Source: an uncultured delta proteobacterium
GTDB lineage: Bacteria > Myxococcota > Myxococcia > Myxococcales > Myxococcaceae
Assembly: GCA_963771175.1 (NCBI GenBank)
Contig: CAVYSY010000026.1
Span: 544,001 to 608,000, forward strand
Reading direction: 5' to 3'
DNA: 64,000 nucleotides
In this document: positions 10,869 through 21,091 of the stretch, in pieces
How positions within the stretch are numbered: position 1 is the first letter of the stretch
Layout: the number at the start of each line of letters is the position of its first letter
Made by a program: the position numbers and the translations under genes
The notes under the pieces: model-generated
Told to the model about the DNA's origin: nothing
Seen by the model: only the letters and a program-made list of their open reading frames with translations
Databases searched by the model: none

Positions 10869-11070
10869 TCAGCGCGCCGGCTTCGGGACGTGCTGATCAA
10901 TCAGGATGGGGTTCCCATCGGGATCGATGAGCATGAGGCTCGCGGGTCCGGTGGAGGATTCGTCGGCGGCGGAGGCGAGAGTGAGAGCGCTGGCCTGAAG
11001 GGCCCGCTGGAGTTCGCGGACGTCGTCAAAATCAGCGAGTGGATTGGCGTTGCGGTCCCAGCCCGGGTTA
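10869..11070 (-). pseudogene. C-terminal fragment of a VOC/glyoxalase-family protein
   Basis: NPGWD...FDDVRELQR...GPASLMLIDPDGNPILIDQH; no N-terminal half. Confidence 0.6.
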
Positions 11071-11325
11071 TGGGGGCGACTCCCGAGGCCGGGGCGGTGG
11101 CGGGTGGGTGAGCAGGCGCTGCCGCGCAGCCGCTCAGAGTGAGGACAAGCAGCATGCCGCTGAGGATTCGAGGCCGGGGAAGGTGTCAAAGAACTCGTTC
11201 CGACACTTCGCGCCCTTCGAGTCATCTGACACCCTGGGGGCCGGAACCGAGCGTCTGGTGCCCGGCGGGCGCGCGCGGTCGCCTGCCGAAGCCGCGCCCG
11301 CCCGTGGGATTCGGACGCTGCCGAC

Positions 11326-12789
11326 TCACGGCTGGTACGGCAGCGTGTCGAACGCGCCTCCGTAGTACAACCCGACCTTCCGGTTCGACTCGGTTCCCCA
11401 CTGCCCGCAATTGGCGGCCGTGCCGAACACGTTCCCCGTGAAGTCGGTGTACGCGCAGAAGTTGTCGGCGACGTTGTGCAGACGGATGGGGAAATACTCG
11501 TCGAAGCCGCCCTGGTCGTACCTCTCGAGCATCCAGCGCTGCTCGTCGCTGCCGTCGCACGGGTCGGTGACGACGGTCCAGGGGCCGGCGAGGATGCCGG
11601 ACTGGCTCAGGCACTCGCCGTTCGCGAGGTTGCGGAACCCGAAGGCGTCGTCGCCGTCGGGGAACATCTGCCATTGCTGGAGCGGGTCGGCGGGCTCGCA
11701 CGTGCTCGTCGAGTGGACCTTGTCGTCGCCGGCGAGCAGGCAACGGTTCTTCGTCTTGAAGCGGATGACGACGAAGCCCGGGTCATTGTCGCAGGCATCG
11801 CCGATGCCGTCGCCATCGACGTCGGCCTGGTCGGTGTTCGGATGCTCGGGGCAGTTGTCGTCGGCATCGACGAGGGTGTCACCGTCGACGTCGGACCTCT
11901 CGCAGCCGGCCACGGCGGAGACTGGGCAGATACCGCCGTGGCAGCTCCAGTCCGGGAAGTCGTAGGCGATCTTCGCGCTCGACGGGGCGCACTCCATCCC
12001 TTCCAGAGGATCTGCCGAGCATGCCGCCTCGAAGCTGCCGCCGCCGCGCTTCTTGTTCTTGATCACGATGCGCGAGGTCACCGTGCCGGTGAAATCGCCT
12101 GACACCGTGACGGTCCCGCCCTCGTTACCGTTGCCGCTGAAGTCGGTGTCCTGGAGCAGCTGGCCGTCGACCACGAGGTTGAACGTCCGCGCGACCGTCG
12201 TTCCGCCCTCCTCGACGTCGATGGTGACGGCGTGAGCGCAGGCGTCGAAGGTGAACGTGCTGACCGCGCGCAGGCCGTCGAGGCCCACGTTCCAGGCGAC
12301 GCTCCCGGTGTCGCACTGCGCCGACCAGTCGCCGGTGGCCGCCGGGTTCTCGCACCCGTTCAGCTTGCACTTGATCTCGTCCTGCCAGAGCGCGAAGGCG
12401 CGCACCAGCTCTCCGTTGGACCAGGGCAGCACCGGGGCGCAGCTTGCCTTGCAGTCCTCGCTCTCGACCACGTAGCTGGCCTCGTCCGTGCCCGCCGACC
12501 ACGCGATGTGGATTACGTTGAACCCGCATTTGGGCACCGCGATCTGGCGGTTCGCGTCGAGCCGGTTCGGGCAGTCGCCCCCGTTCCAGTCCGGGGTCGT
12601 GCCGTCGGTCGTGAAACAGACCACCGGCTCGTCGTCGAGGTTGATTACTGAGACGAGCGAGCCCACCTCGGGGAGGGTGGTGGCGCTGGGGGGATCGAAG
12701 TGCGACAGGGGGGGCGCGATCCCACTGCTCCCACAGTGGCAGCTCGCGAAGGTCAAGCAAAGGAACGCGGACGCGAAGCGACTGTTCAT
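11326..12789 (-). CDS. Secreted/lipid-anchored Cys-rich protein with thrombospondin type-3 repeat and C-terminal ricin-B-like lectin domain
   Basis: Signal peptide ending near [42 protein letters not shown] and QRW repeats with CL motifs. Confidence 0.75.
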   Translation of the reverse strand: MNSRFASAFLCLTFASCHCGSSGIAPPLSHFDPPSATTLPEVGSLVSVINLDDEPVVCFTTDGTTPDWNGGDCPNRLDANRQIAVPKCGFNVIHIAWSAGTDEASYVVESEDCKASCAPVLPWSNGELVRAFALWQDEIKCKLNGCENPAATGDWSAQCDTGSVAWNVGLDGLRAVSTFTFDACAHAVTIDVEEGGTTVARTFNLVVDGQLLQDTDFSGNGNEGGTVTVSGDFTGTVTSRIVIKNKKRGGGSFEAACSADPLEGMECAPSSAKIAYDFPDWSCHGGICPVSAVAGCERSDVDGDTLVDADDNCPEHPNTDQADVDGDGIGDACDNDPGFVVIRFKTKNRCLLAGDDKVHSTSTCEPADPLQQWQMFPDGDDAFGFRNLANGECLSQSGILAGPWTVVTDPCDGSDEQRWMLERYDQGGFDEYFPIRLHNVADNFCAYTDFTGNVFGTAANCGQWGTESNRKVGLYYGGAFDTLPYQP

Positions 12790-12924
12790 GTTCGGACACT
12801 ATCACCGACCCTGCCAGGCGCCGCCGAAGCGTAGAGGAGGGACGGGAGCCATGTTGAGGGTGAGGGCTGGCGGCTGGTGGAGGCGCTTCCTCGACTGACG
12901 CAGCGACGCCCGTCCCTTGAAGGC

Positions 12925-14103
12925 TCAGCTGAAGGCGTCGTAGCCGGTGATGGCCTTGCCGAGCACCAGCGTGTGCACCTCGTGGGTGCCCTCGTAGGTG
13001 TAGACGCTCTCCAGGTTGAGCATGTGGCGGATCGGCGGGTAGGCGTCGGTGACGCCGTTGGCGCCGTAGATGCTCCGGGCCACGCGGGCGATCTCCAGCG
13101 CGGCCTTCACGTTGTTGCGCTTCGCGAGGCTCACCATGACGGGCGTCACCTTGCCCTCGTCCTTGAGGCGCGCCAGCCGCAGCGAGAGGAGCTGCGCCTT
13201 CACAATCTCCTGCAGCATGTCCGCCAGCTTCTCCTGGGTGAGCTGGTAGGCGGCGATGGGCTTGTCGAACTGGCCCCGGGTGAGCGAGTACTCGCGAGCC
13301 CCCTCGAAGCAGGCGATGGCGGCGCCGGTGACGGCGAAGGCGATCGTCATCCGCGCGTTGTTGAGGCACGACAGGGGCCCTCGCAGCCCCGTCACCCCGG
13401 GCAGCACGTTGCTGTCCGGCACTCGGACGTCCTGGAAGGACAGCTCGCTGGTGGTGGAGGCGCGCAGGGAGAACTTCCCCGGAATCTCCTGGGCGGTGAA
13501 GCCAGGCATCCCCTTCTCCACGAGGAAGCCGCGGATGGACTCGGGGCCGCCCTCGTCCGTCTTGGCCCACACGACGGCCACGTTGGCGACGGTGCCGTTG
13601 GTGATCCACGTCTTGGCGCCGTTGAGCACCCAGGTGTCCCCGTCACGGCGGGCGCGGGTGCGCATGCCGGCGGGGTTGGAGCCGAAGTCGGCCTCGGTGA
13701 GGCCGAAGCAGCCGATGATTTCTCCCCGGGCCATACCGGGCAGGAAACGCTGCTTCTGCTCCTCGCTGCCGTAGGCGTGGATGGGGAACATGCAGAGCGA
13801 GCCCTGCACCGAGGCGAAGGAGCGCAGCCCCGAGTCCCCTCGCTCCAGCTCCTGGAGGATGAGGCCGTAGCTGACGGTGTTCATCCCGGCGCAGCCGTAG
13901 CCCTGGAGGTTGGCGCCGAGCACCCCCATCTCGCCGAGGCGCGGCACGAGGTGGGAGGGGAAGGTGCCCTCGCGGAAGTGCTTGCCGATGATGGGCAGCA
14001 CCTCGGTGTCGACGAAGCGGGCGACGGTGTCGCGAGCGGCCTTCTCCTCGGGGGAGAGCAGGTCGTCGATGCGGAAGAGGTCGGTGATGTCCGCGCGCGG
14101 CAT
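12925..14103 (-). CDS. gcdH: Acyl-CoA dehydrogenase, glutaryl-CoA dehydrogenase-like
   Basis: ELERGDSGLRS, GCFGLTE, LNGAKTWITNG, NLESVYTYEGTHEVH. Confidence 0.85.
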   Translation of the reverse strand: MPRADITDLFRIDDLLSPEEKAARDTVARFVDTEVLPIIGKHFREGTFPSHLVPRLGEMGVLGANLQGYGCAGMNTVSYGLILQELERGDSGLRSFASVQGSLCMFPIHAYGSEEQKQRFLPGMARGEIIGCFGLTEADFGSNPAGMRTRARRDGDTWVLNGAKTWITNGTVANVAVVWAKTDEGGPESIRGFLVEKGMPGFTAQEIPGKFSLRASTTSELSFQDVRVPDSNVLPGVTGLRGPLSCLNNARMTIAFAVTGAAIACFEGAREYSLTRGQFDKPIAAYQLTQEKLADMLQEIVKAQLLSLRLARLKDEGKVTPVMVSLAKRNNVKAALEIARVARSIYGANGVTDAYPPIRHMLNLESVYTYEGTHEVHTLVLGKAITGYDAFS

Positions 14104-14188
14104 GGGGGAGTCCTCCAGGGGGGTGGGCGGCTGGGGCTTGTATCACCAGGAGGACCAGACGAACGAGGGCCGGGTATTGTCCGGAGTC

Positions 14189-14950
14189 ATGACGACTCCC
14201 AAGAAGACGGCGGTGGTGACGGGCGCGAGCCGAGGCATCGGCCGGGCCCTGGTGCAGGCCTTCGTGAAGGAGGGCTACGAGGTGTGGGCGCTGGCGCGGG
14301 CGGCGGACGCGCTGGAGTCCCTCGCTCGCGAGTCGGGCGGAGCGGTGCGCCCGCTGGCGGTCGACGTGGCGGACGAGGCGGCAGTGCTGGCGGCGAGCAA
14401 GCGGATTCTCGAGGCGGGGACGCCGCGGGTGCTGGTGAACAACGCGGGGATGACCGTGTCGGCGCCGCTGAACAAGACGTCCACGCAGGACTTCCAGAAG
14501 GTGATGGCGGTGAACGTGACGGCGCCCTTCCTCTTCAGCCGCGAGCTGATTCCGGCGATGGCGGCGGCGGGCGGGGGCCGGGTCATCAACATCGGCTCCA
14601 TCGCGGCGACGCGGGGGGTGAAGTACACGTCGGCCTACTGCGCCTCGAAGCACGCGCTGCTGGGGCTGACGCGCTCGCTGGCGGTGGAGTGGGCGCGCAA
14701 GAACGTGACGGTGAACATCGTCAACCCGGGCTGGGTGGAGACGGACATGCTCACCCAAGCGAAGTCGGCCATCTCGAAGAGCACGGGCCGCTCGGAGCAG
14801 GAGGCACACGCGGTGCTGGCGAACATGAACGCCATGGGCCGGGTCATCCAGCCCGAGGAGGTCGCGGCGCTGTGCGTCTTCCTGGCCTCGGACGCCGCGG
14901 CCTCCATCACCGGCGCGGCCTACAACATCGACGGCGGCGAGGCCGGGTGA
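14189..14950 (+). CDS. SDR family oxidoreductase
   Basis: VTGASRGIG, LVNNAG, YCASK, NPGWVETDM. Confidence 0.9.
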   Translation: MTTPKKTAVVTGASRGIGRALVQAFVKEGYEVWALARAADALESLARESGGAVRPLAVDVADEAAVLAASKRILEAGTPRVLVNNAGMTVSAPLNKTSTQDFQKVMAVNVTAPFLFSRELIPAMAAAGGGRVINIGSIAATRGVKYTSAYCASKHALLGLTRSLAVEWARKNVTVNIVNPGWVETDMLTQAKSAISKSTGRSEQEAHAVLANMNAMGRVIQPEEVAALCVFLASDAAASITGAAYNIDGGEAG

Positions 14951-14971
14951 ACGGAAGTCCTCGCCGGCGGC

Positions 14972-16102
14972 TCAGGAAGCCTCGTCCTCGAGGAGGCAGG
15001 GCAGCCGCACGGTGAAGGTGGTGCCGCGCCCCAGGGTGCTCCGTACGTCCAGCGAGCCCCCCAGCACCCGCGTCAGCTCCTTGGCGAGCACCAGCCCCAG
15101 CGCGGTGCTACCCACCTTGCGTCCCTTCGCGTCTCCCACCCGGCGGAACTGCTCGAAGAGCAGGGGGAGCTCCTCCTCGGGGATGCCCCCTCCCGTGTCC
15201 TCGATGGTGAAGACGGCATCGCGGCCCTCGGCGCGCACGGTGAGCGCCACTGTTCCGGACGCGGTGGAGCTGGCCGCGTACGACAGCAGGTGGAGCAGCA
15301 CCTGGCGCAGCTTCAGCTCGTCCGTGCGCAGCAGGTACACCTGCTCCGCGATGTCCGTGGTGAGCTCGACGTCCTTGCCCTCGAGTTGCTCGCGCACCGT
15401 GCCGGCACACTCCTCGGCCATCTCCCGGAAGTTCAGCACCTCCCCCACCACCTCCATCCGGCCCGCGGCGATCCGGATCAGCTCCAAGACGTCGTTGATG
15501 AGCGCGAGCAGCGCCTGAGCACTCTTCTTGACCATGTCGAGGTCGCGACGCCCGGGCGGCGTCAGGCGGCTGCCCTCCTCGAGCATCAAGAGCTCGCAGT
15601 AGCCAATGATGCCGTTGAGGGGCGAGCGGATCTCATGGTTGAGGTCGGCCAGGAACTCGCTGCCGCGCTGGCGCCGCTCCACGGCATTCTGGTGTTCACG
15701 GCGCTCGACGGCCCGCCGCACCTCGCGCTGGACTTCCAGCACCACCTGCGCCAGCCGCCCCATATCCACGTAGCCCTTGGCGCCCGCAGCCAGGGCCGCG
15801 CTCAGCTCCGCCTCGTCCCACCGCGGCGTGAGCACGAGGAAGGCCAGCGCGGGAGCCTTCTCTCGCAACAGCGGCGCCGCCTCCTGGAAGCCGAGCCCCG
15901 CCAGCTCCGCCCCACACACGGCCAGGTCCCACGGATGCTCCAGCGCGGCCCTCAGCGCCTCCGGTGTGGACACCCGCTCCGAGGAGACGTCCAGTCCCGT
16001 CCCTCGCAGCCGCTCCAACACCTGCTGCGTCTCGCGCTCGCCCGCCACGAAGAGCAGGCGCGCGGCAGCCGCCTCCTTCACCTCCGTCACCGCACTGGTC
16101 AT
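14972..16102 (-). CDS. Histidine-kinase-like protein with degenerate N-terminal receiver domain
   Basis: H-box HEIRSPLNGIIG, G1 DTGGGI, F-box LFEQF; altered N-box (HLLSYA) and G2 (STALGL). Confidence 0.8.
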   Translation of the reverse strand: MTSAVTEVKEAAAARLLFVAGERETQQVLERLRGTGLDVSSERVSTPEALRAALEHPWDLAVCGAELAGLGFQEAAPLLREKAPALAFLVLTPRWDEAELSAALAAGAKGYVDMGRLAQVVLEVQREVRRAVERREHQNAVERRQRGSEFLADLNHEIRSPLNGIIGYCELLMLEEGSRLTPPGRRDLDMVKKSAQALLALINDVLELIRIAAGRMEVVGEVLNFREMAEECAGTVREQLEGKDVELTTDIAEQVYLLRTDELKLRQVLLHLLSYAASSTASGTVALTVRAEGRDAVFTIEDTGGGIPEEELPLLFEQFRRVGDAKGRKVGSTALGLVLAKELTRVLGGSLDVRSTLGRGTTFTVRLPCLLEDEAS

Positions 16103-16175
16103 CCCTCAACTCCTCCTCAATGCGAGGAAACCGCGAAACTCACGTTCCGTCCAGCAACCATGAGGGCGCCCCTCG

Positions 16176-16847
16176 TCAGGAAGGAGGGTCCGACCTTCCG
16201 GGGGAGCACACGAGCCCTTCCCTGACAGACCTGGCGAGACTCCTCGCGGCCAGCTCGCAGTCGTCCGCGGAGCAGATGGCGGACACCACCGAGACCCCGT
16301 CCGCCCCCGCGGCGATGACGGCCGAGGCGTTGGCGAGGGTGATGCCGCCGATGGCTACCACCGGGACGGAGAGCTGGCGTCGCAGGTGGGCGAGGCCCTC
16401 CAGCCCGAGCGCCGGGGTGGCGTCCGCCTTGGAGGCGGTGGGGAAGATGGGGCCCACGCCCGCGTAGTCCACCACCGAGGGATCCAACGTGGGCAGGTCC
16501 TCCGGCCCGGTGATGGACAGTCCCACCAGCGCCTCGGGCCCCAGCAGACGTCGGGCCACCTCGGGTGGCAGGTCGCTCTGCCCCACGTGGACCCCGTCGG
16601 CCCCCAGCGCCAGGGCCAGGTCCACCCGGTCGTTGACGATGAGCGGCACCCCGAGTGGACGGAGCCGGCCGAGGAGCGCGCGGCCCAGCTCCAACATCTC
16701 GCGCGACGACGCATCCTTCTCGCGCAACTGCACCACGGTGACCCCACCCCGCACCGCGGCGAGCACCACGTCCACCAGCTCGCGCCCGCGCGCCAGCGAA
16801 CGGTCGGTGACCAGATAAACGGACAGATCGAGCACGCGCCGGGTCAT
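16176..16847 (-). CDS. thiE: Thiamine-phosphate synthase
   Basis: VQLREK, LIVNDRVD, GVHVGQSD, GPIFPTASK, VAIGGI. Confidence 0.95.
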   Translation of the reverse strand: MTRRVLDLSVYLVTDRSLARGRELVDVVLAAVRGGVTVVQLREKDASSREMLELGRALLGRLRPLGVPLIVNDRVDLALALGADGVHVGQSDLPPEVARRLLGPEALVGLSITGPEDLPTLDPSVVDYAGVGPIFPTASKADATPALGLEGLAHLRRQLSVPVVAIGGITLANASAVIAAGADGVSVVSAICSADDCELAARSLARSVREGLVCSPGRSDPPS

Positions 16848-16860
16848 CCAGGGGCCTCTC

Positions 16861-17655
16861 TCAGCGCACGCGGGCGCGGGCGCGCACGGTGGCCTCGTCC
16901 AGCGTGTAGAGCGCGTCCAGCAGGTGCAACTGCAGCGAGCCCGGTCCCTGGGACTGCTCGGCCGCGAGCTCTCCCGCCAGACCCAGCACGGCGAGGGCGC
17001 GCGCGGCGGCCAGCACCGCGTCGGGCTCCACCGCCAGGAAGGCGGCCACGAGCGCGGACGCCGTGCACCCCATGCCCGTCACCCGAGCCATGAGCGGATG
17101 GCCGTTGTCCACCGCCACCATGCGGTCGCCATCGGTGACGTAGTCCGTCCGGCCGGTGACGGCCACCACGGTGCCCAGGGAGGCGGCGAGCCTCCGTGCC
17201 GCCTCGAGCGAGACCTCGGAGGACTGGGTGCTGTCCACCCCGCGCGTGGCCCCCGCCTCACCCGCCACCGCGAGCACCTCCGAGGCGTTGCCACGGATGA
17301 CGGCCGGGGCCTGGCGCGCCAGCTCGGCGGCGGTGGTGGTGCGGTAGCGCGTGGCCCCGGCGCCCACCGGATCCAACACCCAGGGCACCCCTGCCCGACG
17401 CGCGGCCTCCACCGCCAGCCGCATCCCCTCCACCCACTCCGGCGACAGGGTGCCGATGTTCACCACCAGCGCCTGCGAGAGGGCCGCGAAGTCCGCCACC
17501 TCCTCGCGGGCATGCACCATGGCCGGCGAGGCCCCCACGGCCAGCAAGGCGTTGGCCGTGTTGTTCATCACGACGTAGTTGGTGATGTTGTGCACGAGCG
17601 GCGCCCGCTCCCGCACCGCCTTCAGCGACTGCCACACGCCTGCGCTCAGATCCAC
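16861..17655 (-). CDS. thiM: Hydroxyethylthiazole kinase
   Basis: PLVHNITNYV, VNIGTL, LDPVGAGAT, IRGNASE, VTGMGC. Confidence 0.95.
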   Translation of the reverse strand: MDLSAGVWQSLKAVRERAPLVHNITNYVVMNNTANALLAVGASPAMVHAREEVADFAALSQALVVNIGTLSPEWVEGMRLAVEAARRAGVPWVLDPVGAGATRYRTTTAAELARQAPAVIRGNASEVLAVAGEAGATRGVDSTQSSEVSLEAARRLAASLGTVVAVTGRTDYVTDGDRMVAVDNGHPLMARVTGMGCTASALVAAFLAVEPDAVLAAARALAVLGLAGELAAEQSQGPGSLQLHLLDALYTLDEATVRARARVR

Positions 17656-17775
17656 CGCGAGCTCCTCTCATTCGACGAGAAAACCCTACCCGATGGGCAT
17701 CCGGGTGGTAGCTGGTAATACGTGCGTAGGGACACTAGAACGCAATCCACTCCAGGCGCGAAAATACCCTCTGCC

Positions 17776-19368
17776 ATGACCCTCCCCTCTGCTGGCGAGC
17801 TCCCCGTCGGAACGGTTCTGCGGGACACCTATGAGATCTCCTCCGTGCTGGGCCGGGGCGGCATGGGCTCGGTCTTCCTGGCCCGGCACCTGCGGCTTCC
17901 TGGCAAACAGGTGGCCATCAAGGTGCTGCGGAACAACGTGGAGCTGGGCCCGGATGCGCATGCTCGGTTCCGTCGGGAGGCGGAGATTGCCTCCCGGCTC
18001 GATCATCCGAACATCGTCGAGGTGCTCGACTTCGATACCCTGGAGGACGGCTCCGCCTTCCTGGTGATGGAGTACCTCCGGGGGCAGAGCCTCGCCAAAC
18101 GGCTGCGGCAGCGGCGCCTCTCGAACGAGGAGGTGTTCGACATCGCCCGGCAGATCGGCGCGGCCCTGCAGACGGCCCACCGTGCCGGCGTGGTGCACCG
18201 TGATCTCAAGCCCGACAACGTCTTCCTCGTCCCCCACGAGGCTGGGGGAGTGGTGGGCGAGCGGGTGAAGCTGCTCGATTTCGGCATCTCCAAGATCATC
18301 GACTCCCAGACGCTGCAGACCCAGGACTCCGTCCTGCTCGGGACGCCGCGGTACATGGCCCCCGAGCAGGCGATGGGTAAGAACCGGGAGGTGGACGCCC
18401 GCACCGACATCTATTCCTTCGGCTGCATCGTCTACGAGATGCTCGCCGGCAAGGGGCCGTTCGCCAGACTGAGTCTCCCCGAGTTCATCTACCGCATCGT
18501 CCACGAGGCGCCCGACCCGCTGGCCCCCCTCGCACCGGAGGCTCCCGCCCAGGCCGTCGCGGCCGTCGAACGGGCACTCGCGAAACGGCCGGAGGATCGC
18601 CAACAGGACGTCGATGCCTTCATCACCGAGCTGACGGGAAGCCCGCTCCAGACCCTCTCCTCGCACGAGCCCGCTGACACCTCCCCGGCGACCGCGGTCG
18701 CGAGGAAGCGCCCACCCCAGGAGGCTCCGCCCTCGGCCCCCGGAGAGACAGAGCAGCTTCCCGAGACCCCGGCGCCCGAAGCGAGCGCGAAGAAGAGGCC
18801 CGGGGTGGTGATCGCGGCGGCGGTGGCCCTGGTGGGTATCGCCGCCCTCCTCGTGTGGCTGCGTCCCGGAGCACCCTCGGCGCCGGCCTCCGGGCCCGCG
18901 ACAGCGGTGGCAATGACCCAGCCCGCGCCCGCGGCTCCTGCTTCCGCCCCTCCTTCGGCCCCCGTGGAGCCGGCGACTGGCACCCCCTCACCGGCTCCGA
19001 ACGCCCCCACGGAGACCGCGAAGCCCTCCACTACCGACGTTCCCACCCCCACGGGCACGCCGGCCCGGCAGACGGCGCGGACGCATCCGCCGGAGCGGCA
19101 GGGCTCGTCCGAGGTCCTCCCGGAGGCGGCGCGCAAGGACCTGGAGTTGGCGGAGCAGTCGCTGGCCAGCGGCAAGGTCGAGGAGGCGCTCCATCTCATC
19201 CGCCGCAGCCAGCGGGTCCAGCTCTCGGGCGCCTCCTTCGCGCTCCTCACCCGCGCGCACTGCCGCGACCGAGACCTCTCCAATGCCCGCGCGCAATGGG
19301 TCCGGGTCCCGTCCTCGGAGCGCCCACGGGTCCGTCAGTACTGCAAGCTATATGAGATCTCGCTCTGA
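17776..19368 (+). CDS. Membrane-anchored Hanks-type Ser/Thr protein kinase
   Basis: GRGGMGSV, VAIK, HRDLKPDN, DFG, GTPRYMAPE; one TM, Pro/Thr linker, short extracytoplasmic helical domain. Confidence 0.93.
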   Translation: MTLPSAGELPVGTVLRDTYEISSVLGRGGMGSVFLARHLRLPGKQVAIKVLRNNVELGPDAHARFRREAEIASRLDHPNIVEVLDFDTLEDGSAFLVMEYLRGQSLAKRLRQRRLSNEEVFDIARQIGAALQTAHRAGVVHRDLKPDNVFLVPHEAGGVVGERVKLLDFGISKIIDSQTLQTQDSVLLGTPRYMAPEQAMGKNREVDARTDIYSFGCIVYEMLAGKGPFARLSLPEFIYRIVHEAPDPLAPLAPEAPAQAVAAVERALAKRPEDRQQDVDAFITELTGSPLQTLSSHEPADTSPATAVARKRPPQEAPPSAPGETEQLPETPAPEASAKKRPGVVIAAAVALVGIAALLVWLRPGAPSAPASGPATAVAMTQPAPAAPASAPPSAPVEPATGTPSPAPNAPTETAKPSTTDVPTPTGTPARQTARTHPPERQGSSEVLPEAARKDLELAEQSLASGKVEEALHLIRRSQRVQLSGASFALLTRAHCRDRDLSNARAQWVRVPSSERPRVRQYCKLYEISL

Positions 19369-19405
19369 CCCGTGGCAGTCACGCGGGTGCCGGGCCCACA
19401 CCGAG

Positions 19406-20233
19406 GTGACACGCTTGAGACTCGCACTGGCAATGACTGTCCTGGCCTTCGCGCTGGGGTGCGCCCGAGGCACACGCCCCGATGCATCCGCGTCCGTGGG
19501 ACAGGGAAAGGTGTTCTCCGCATCGAGCGGCGAGACGGTGACGATCATCCCGCTCATGCCCGCTGAGAGCAGGAGTTTCCTCCTCTACTTCCAGGGCACG
19601 AAGGATGACGTCGACGGAAAGGTCCTTCTCCAGAAGGCCAACCCGAACCTGACGGAGTACTACGCGCGCTGGCGGGGCCGCGACATGCGGTTCTTCTACG
19701 TGGAGCGCTGGAACAACCGCGAGCGCAACTACCTCCTGGTGCTCAACCGGGATGGGCTGGTCTCTGTCCAGCTCGACGCGGCGCGGACCCAGGCCCTGAA
19801 GGCCGAGGACGTCTACGAGCTGTACCAGCGGCAGATGGCGGATGGCACGATCGGCCGGGGAGAGTCGTTCGATCGGAAGTACTGGATGGACGACACGGCT
19901 CGGCAGTTCGCCCTGAAGGTCCAAGCCCTGAACGAGGCGTGCGGCACGCCGGTGGAGGCCCGCATCGACTGGGACTCCGTCTCGGACAAGCTGCTCACCG
20001 AGGAATCCATCTCCAGCTACTGCGGAGCCCCGCTCGAGGCGCTGCAGAGCCTGTGCAGTCGGTCCGAGGAGGCCCGGCGGACCGTCCGGGCCCGGGTGAA
20101 GGCACTCGACTGCCGGTTTGGAGAGACCATGGACCCACGCATCGAGGCGGAGAAGGTGGTCTGGACGACCCGCGTGGGGTCGGAAACCCTCTCCCCGGAA
20201 GCCACCACCTCCTTCTTCCTGGACAACCTGTAG
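19406..20233 (+). CDS. Hypothetical lipoprotein
   Basis: Lipobox LGC after hydrophobic stretch; Cys-containing C-terminal domain; start codon approximate. Confidence 0.7.
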   Translation: MTRLRLALAMTVLAFALGCARGTRPDASASVGQGKVFSASSGETVTIIPLMPAESRSFLLYFQGTKDDVDGKVLLQKANPNLTEYYARWRGRDMRFFYVERWNNRERNYLLVLNRDGLVSVQLDAARTQALKAEDVYELYQRQMADGTIGRGESFDRKYWMDDTARQFALKVQALNEACGTPVEARIDWDSVSDKLLTEESISSYCGAPLEALQSLCSRSEEARRTVRARVKALDCRFGETMDPRIEAEKVVWTTRVGSETLSPEATTSFFLDNL

Positions 20234-20248
20234 GCGGAGAGTCCACCC

Positions 20249-21064
20249 ATGTCACTCGCACGTTTCCTCGTTCTGACGGTGGTCCTCTCCTCAGGTGGCG
20301 CCCTGGCCCTGGAGCCCCCTTGGGGTAATGAGAAGACCCTGCGTCAACGGATGCTGATGGAGGCCACCTCGGTATGCACCGATGGCCAGGAGCACTACGC
20401 CGTGGTGGTGCCCACGGAGGATGGAAGGCCCCAGTTCTTCTACGGGGATGGGCGCCGGTTCTTCCAGCTCCCCAAGTCCTCCGACAATCAGCTGCCCGGC
20501 TACCTCTTCCTCGATCCGCGCTTCGTCGATCCGAGCGCGAACGCCGACTACTACGGACGGGATCTCCGCCCCTACTCGGCCATCAAGCTGGACCATGAGG
20601 AGAAGACCTGCGCGGTGCGCTGTGGCACCCGGAACACGCCCTTCACGGTGCTCGAGCCCGACAAGGCCCGGGAGCTGCTGCGCCAGGCCACGTACGAGCC
20701 GAGCCCGCAGAAGTACGTGCCCTACGCCCTGCTGCGCGATCCGCGAGGCACCTACTACCTGGTGGACCGGGGCTTCCACCCGTCGGAGCAGAAGTCCTTC
20801 CGGGTGTTCATCGGGCCCCGGGGCAACCTCAAGCAGCAGGAGATGGTCAACGTCATCTCCGACTCCAAGGGGGAGATCTTCTCCACGAAGAAGGGAGACC
20901 TCCAGCTCCTGCTGGACCGGGAGCAGCCCTCGATGTGGATCGTGAAGAAGAAGAAGAAGACGCAGCTCCGCGCGGTGCCCGTCTCCGAGAACCTGCCGCT
21001 CATCTACAACGAGCTGGGGGTCTACGCGGGCGCCCGCCTGGGAACGCCGTGCGACGACCTGTGA
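20249..21064 (+). CDS. Hypothetical exported protein
   Basis: RBS GGAG, signal peptide (ALA-LEP), GC3-rich codons; 15 bp after previous stop. Confidence 0.75.
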   Translation: MSLARFLVLTVVLSSGGALALEPPWGNEKTLRQRMLMEATSVCTDGQEHYAVVVPTEDGRPQFFYGDGRRFFQLPKSSDNQLPGYLFLDPRFVDPSANADYYGRDLRPYSAIKLDHEEKTCAVRCGTRNTPFTVLEPDKARELLRQATYEPSPQKYVPYALLRDPRGTYYLVDRGFHPSEQKSFRVFIGPRGNLKQQEMVNVISDSKGEIFSTKKGDLQLLLDREQPSMWIVKKKKKTQLRAVPVSENLPLIYNELGVYAGARLGTPCDDL

Positions 21065-21091
21065 GGCGCCACCCCCGGGCTTGAGCCCGGC

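Noticed and set aside
1..12800. Mobile element or genomic island with defined ends
   Set aside because: Accessory-looking content, but no integrase, transposase, tRNA or terminal repeats visible
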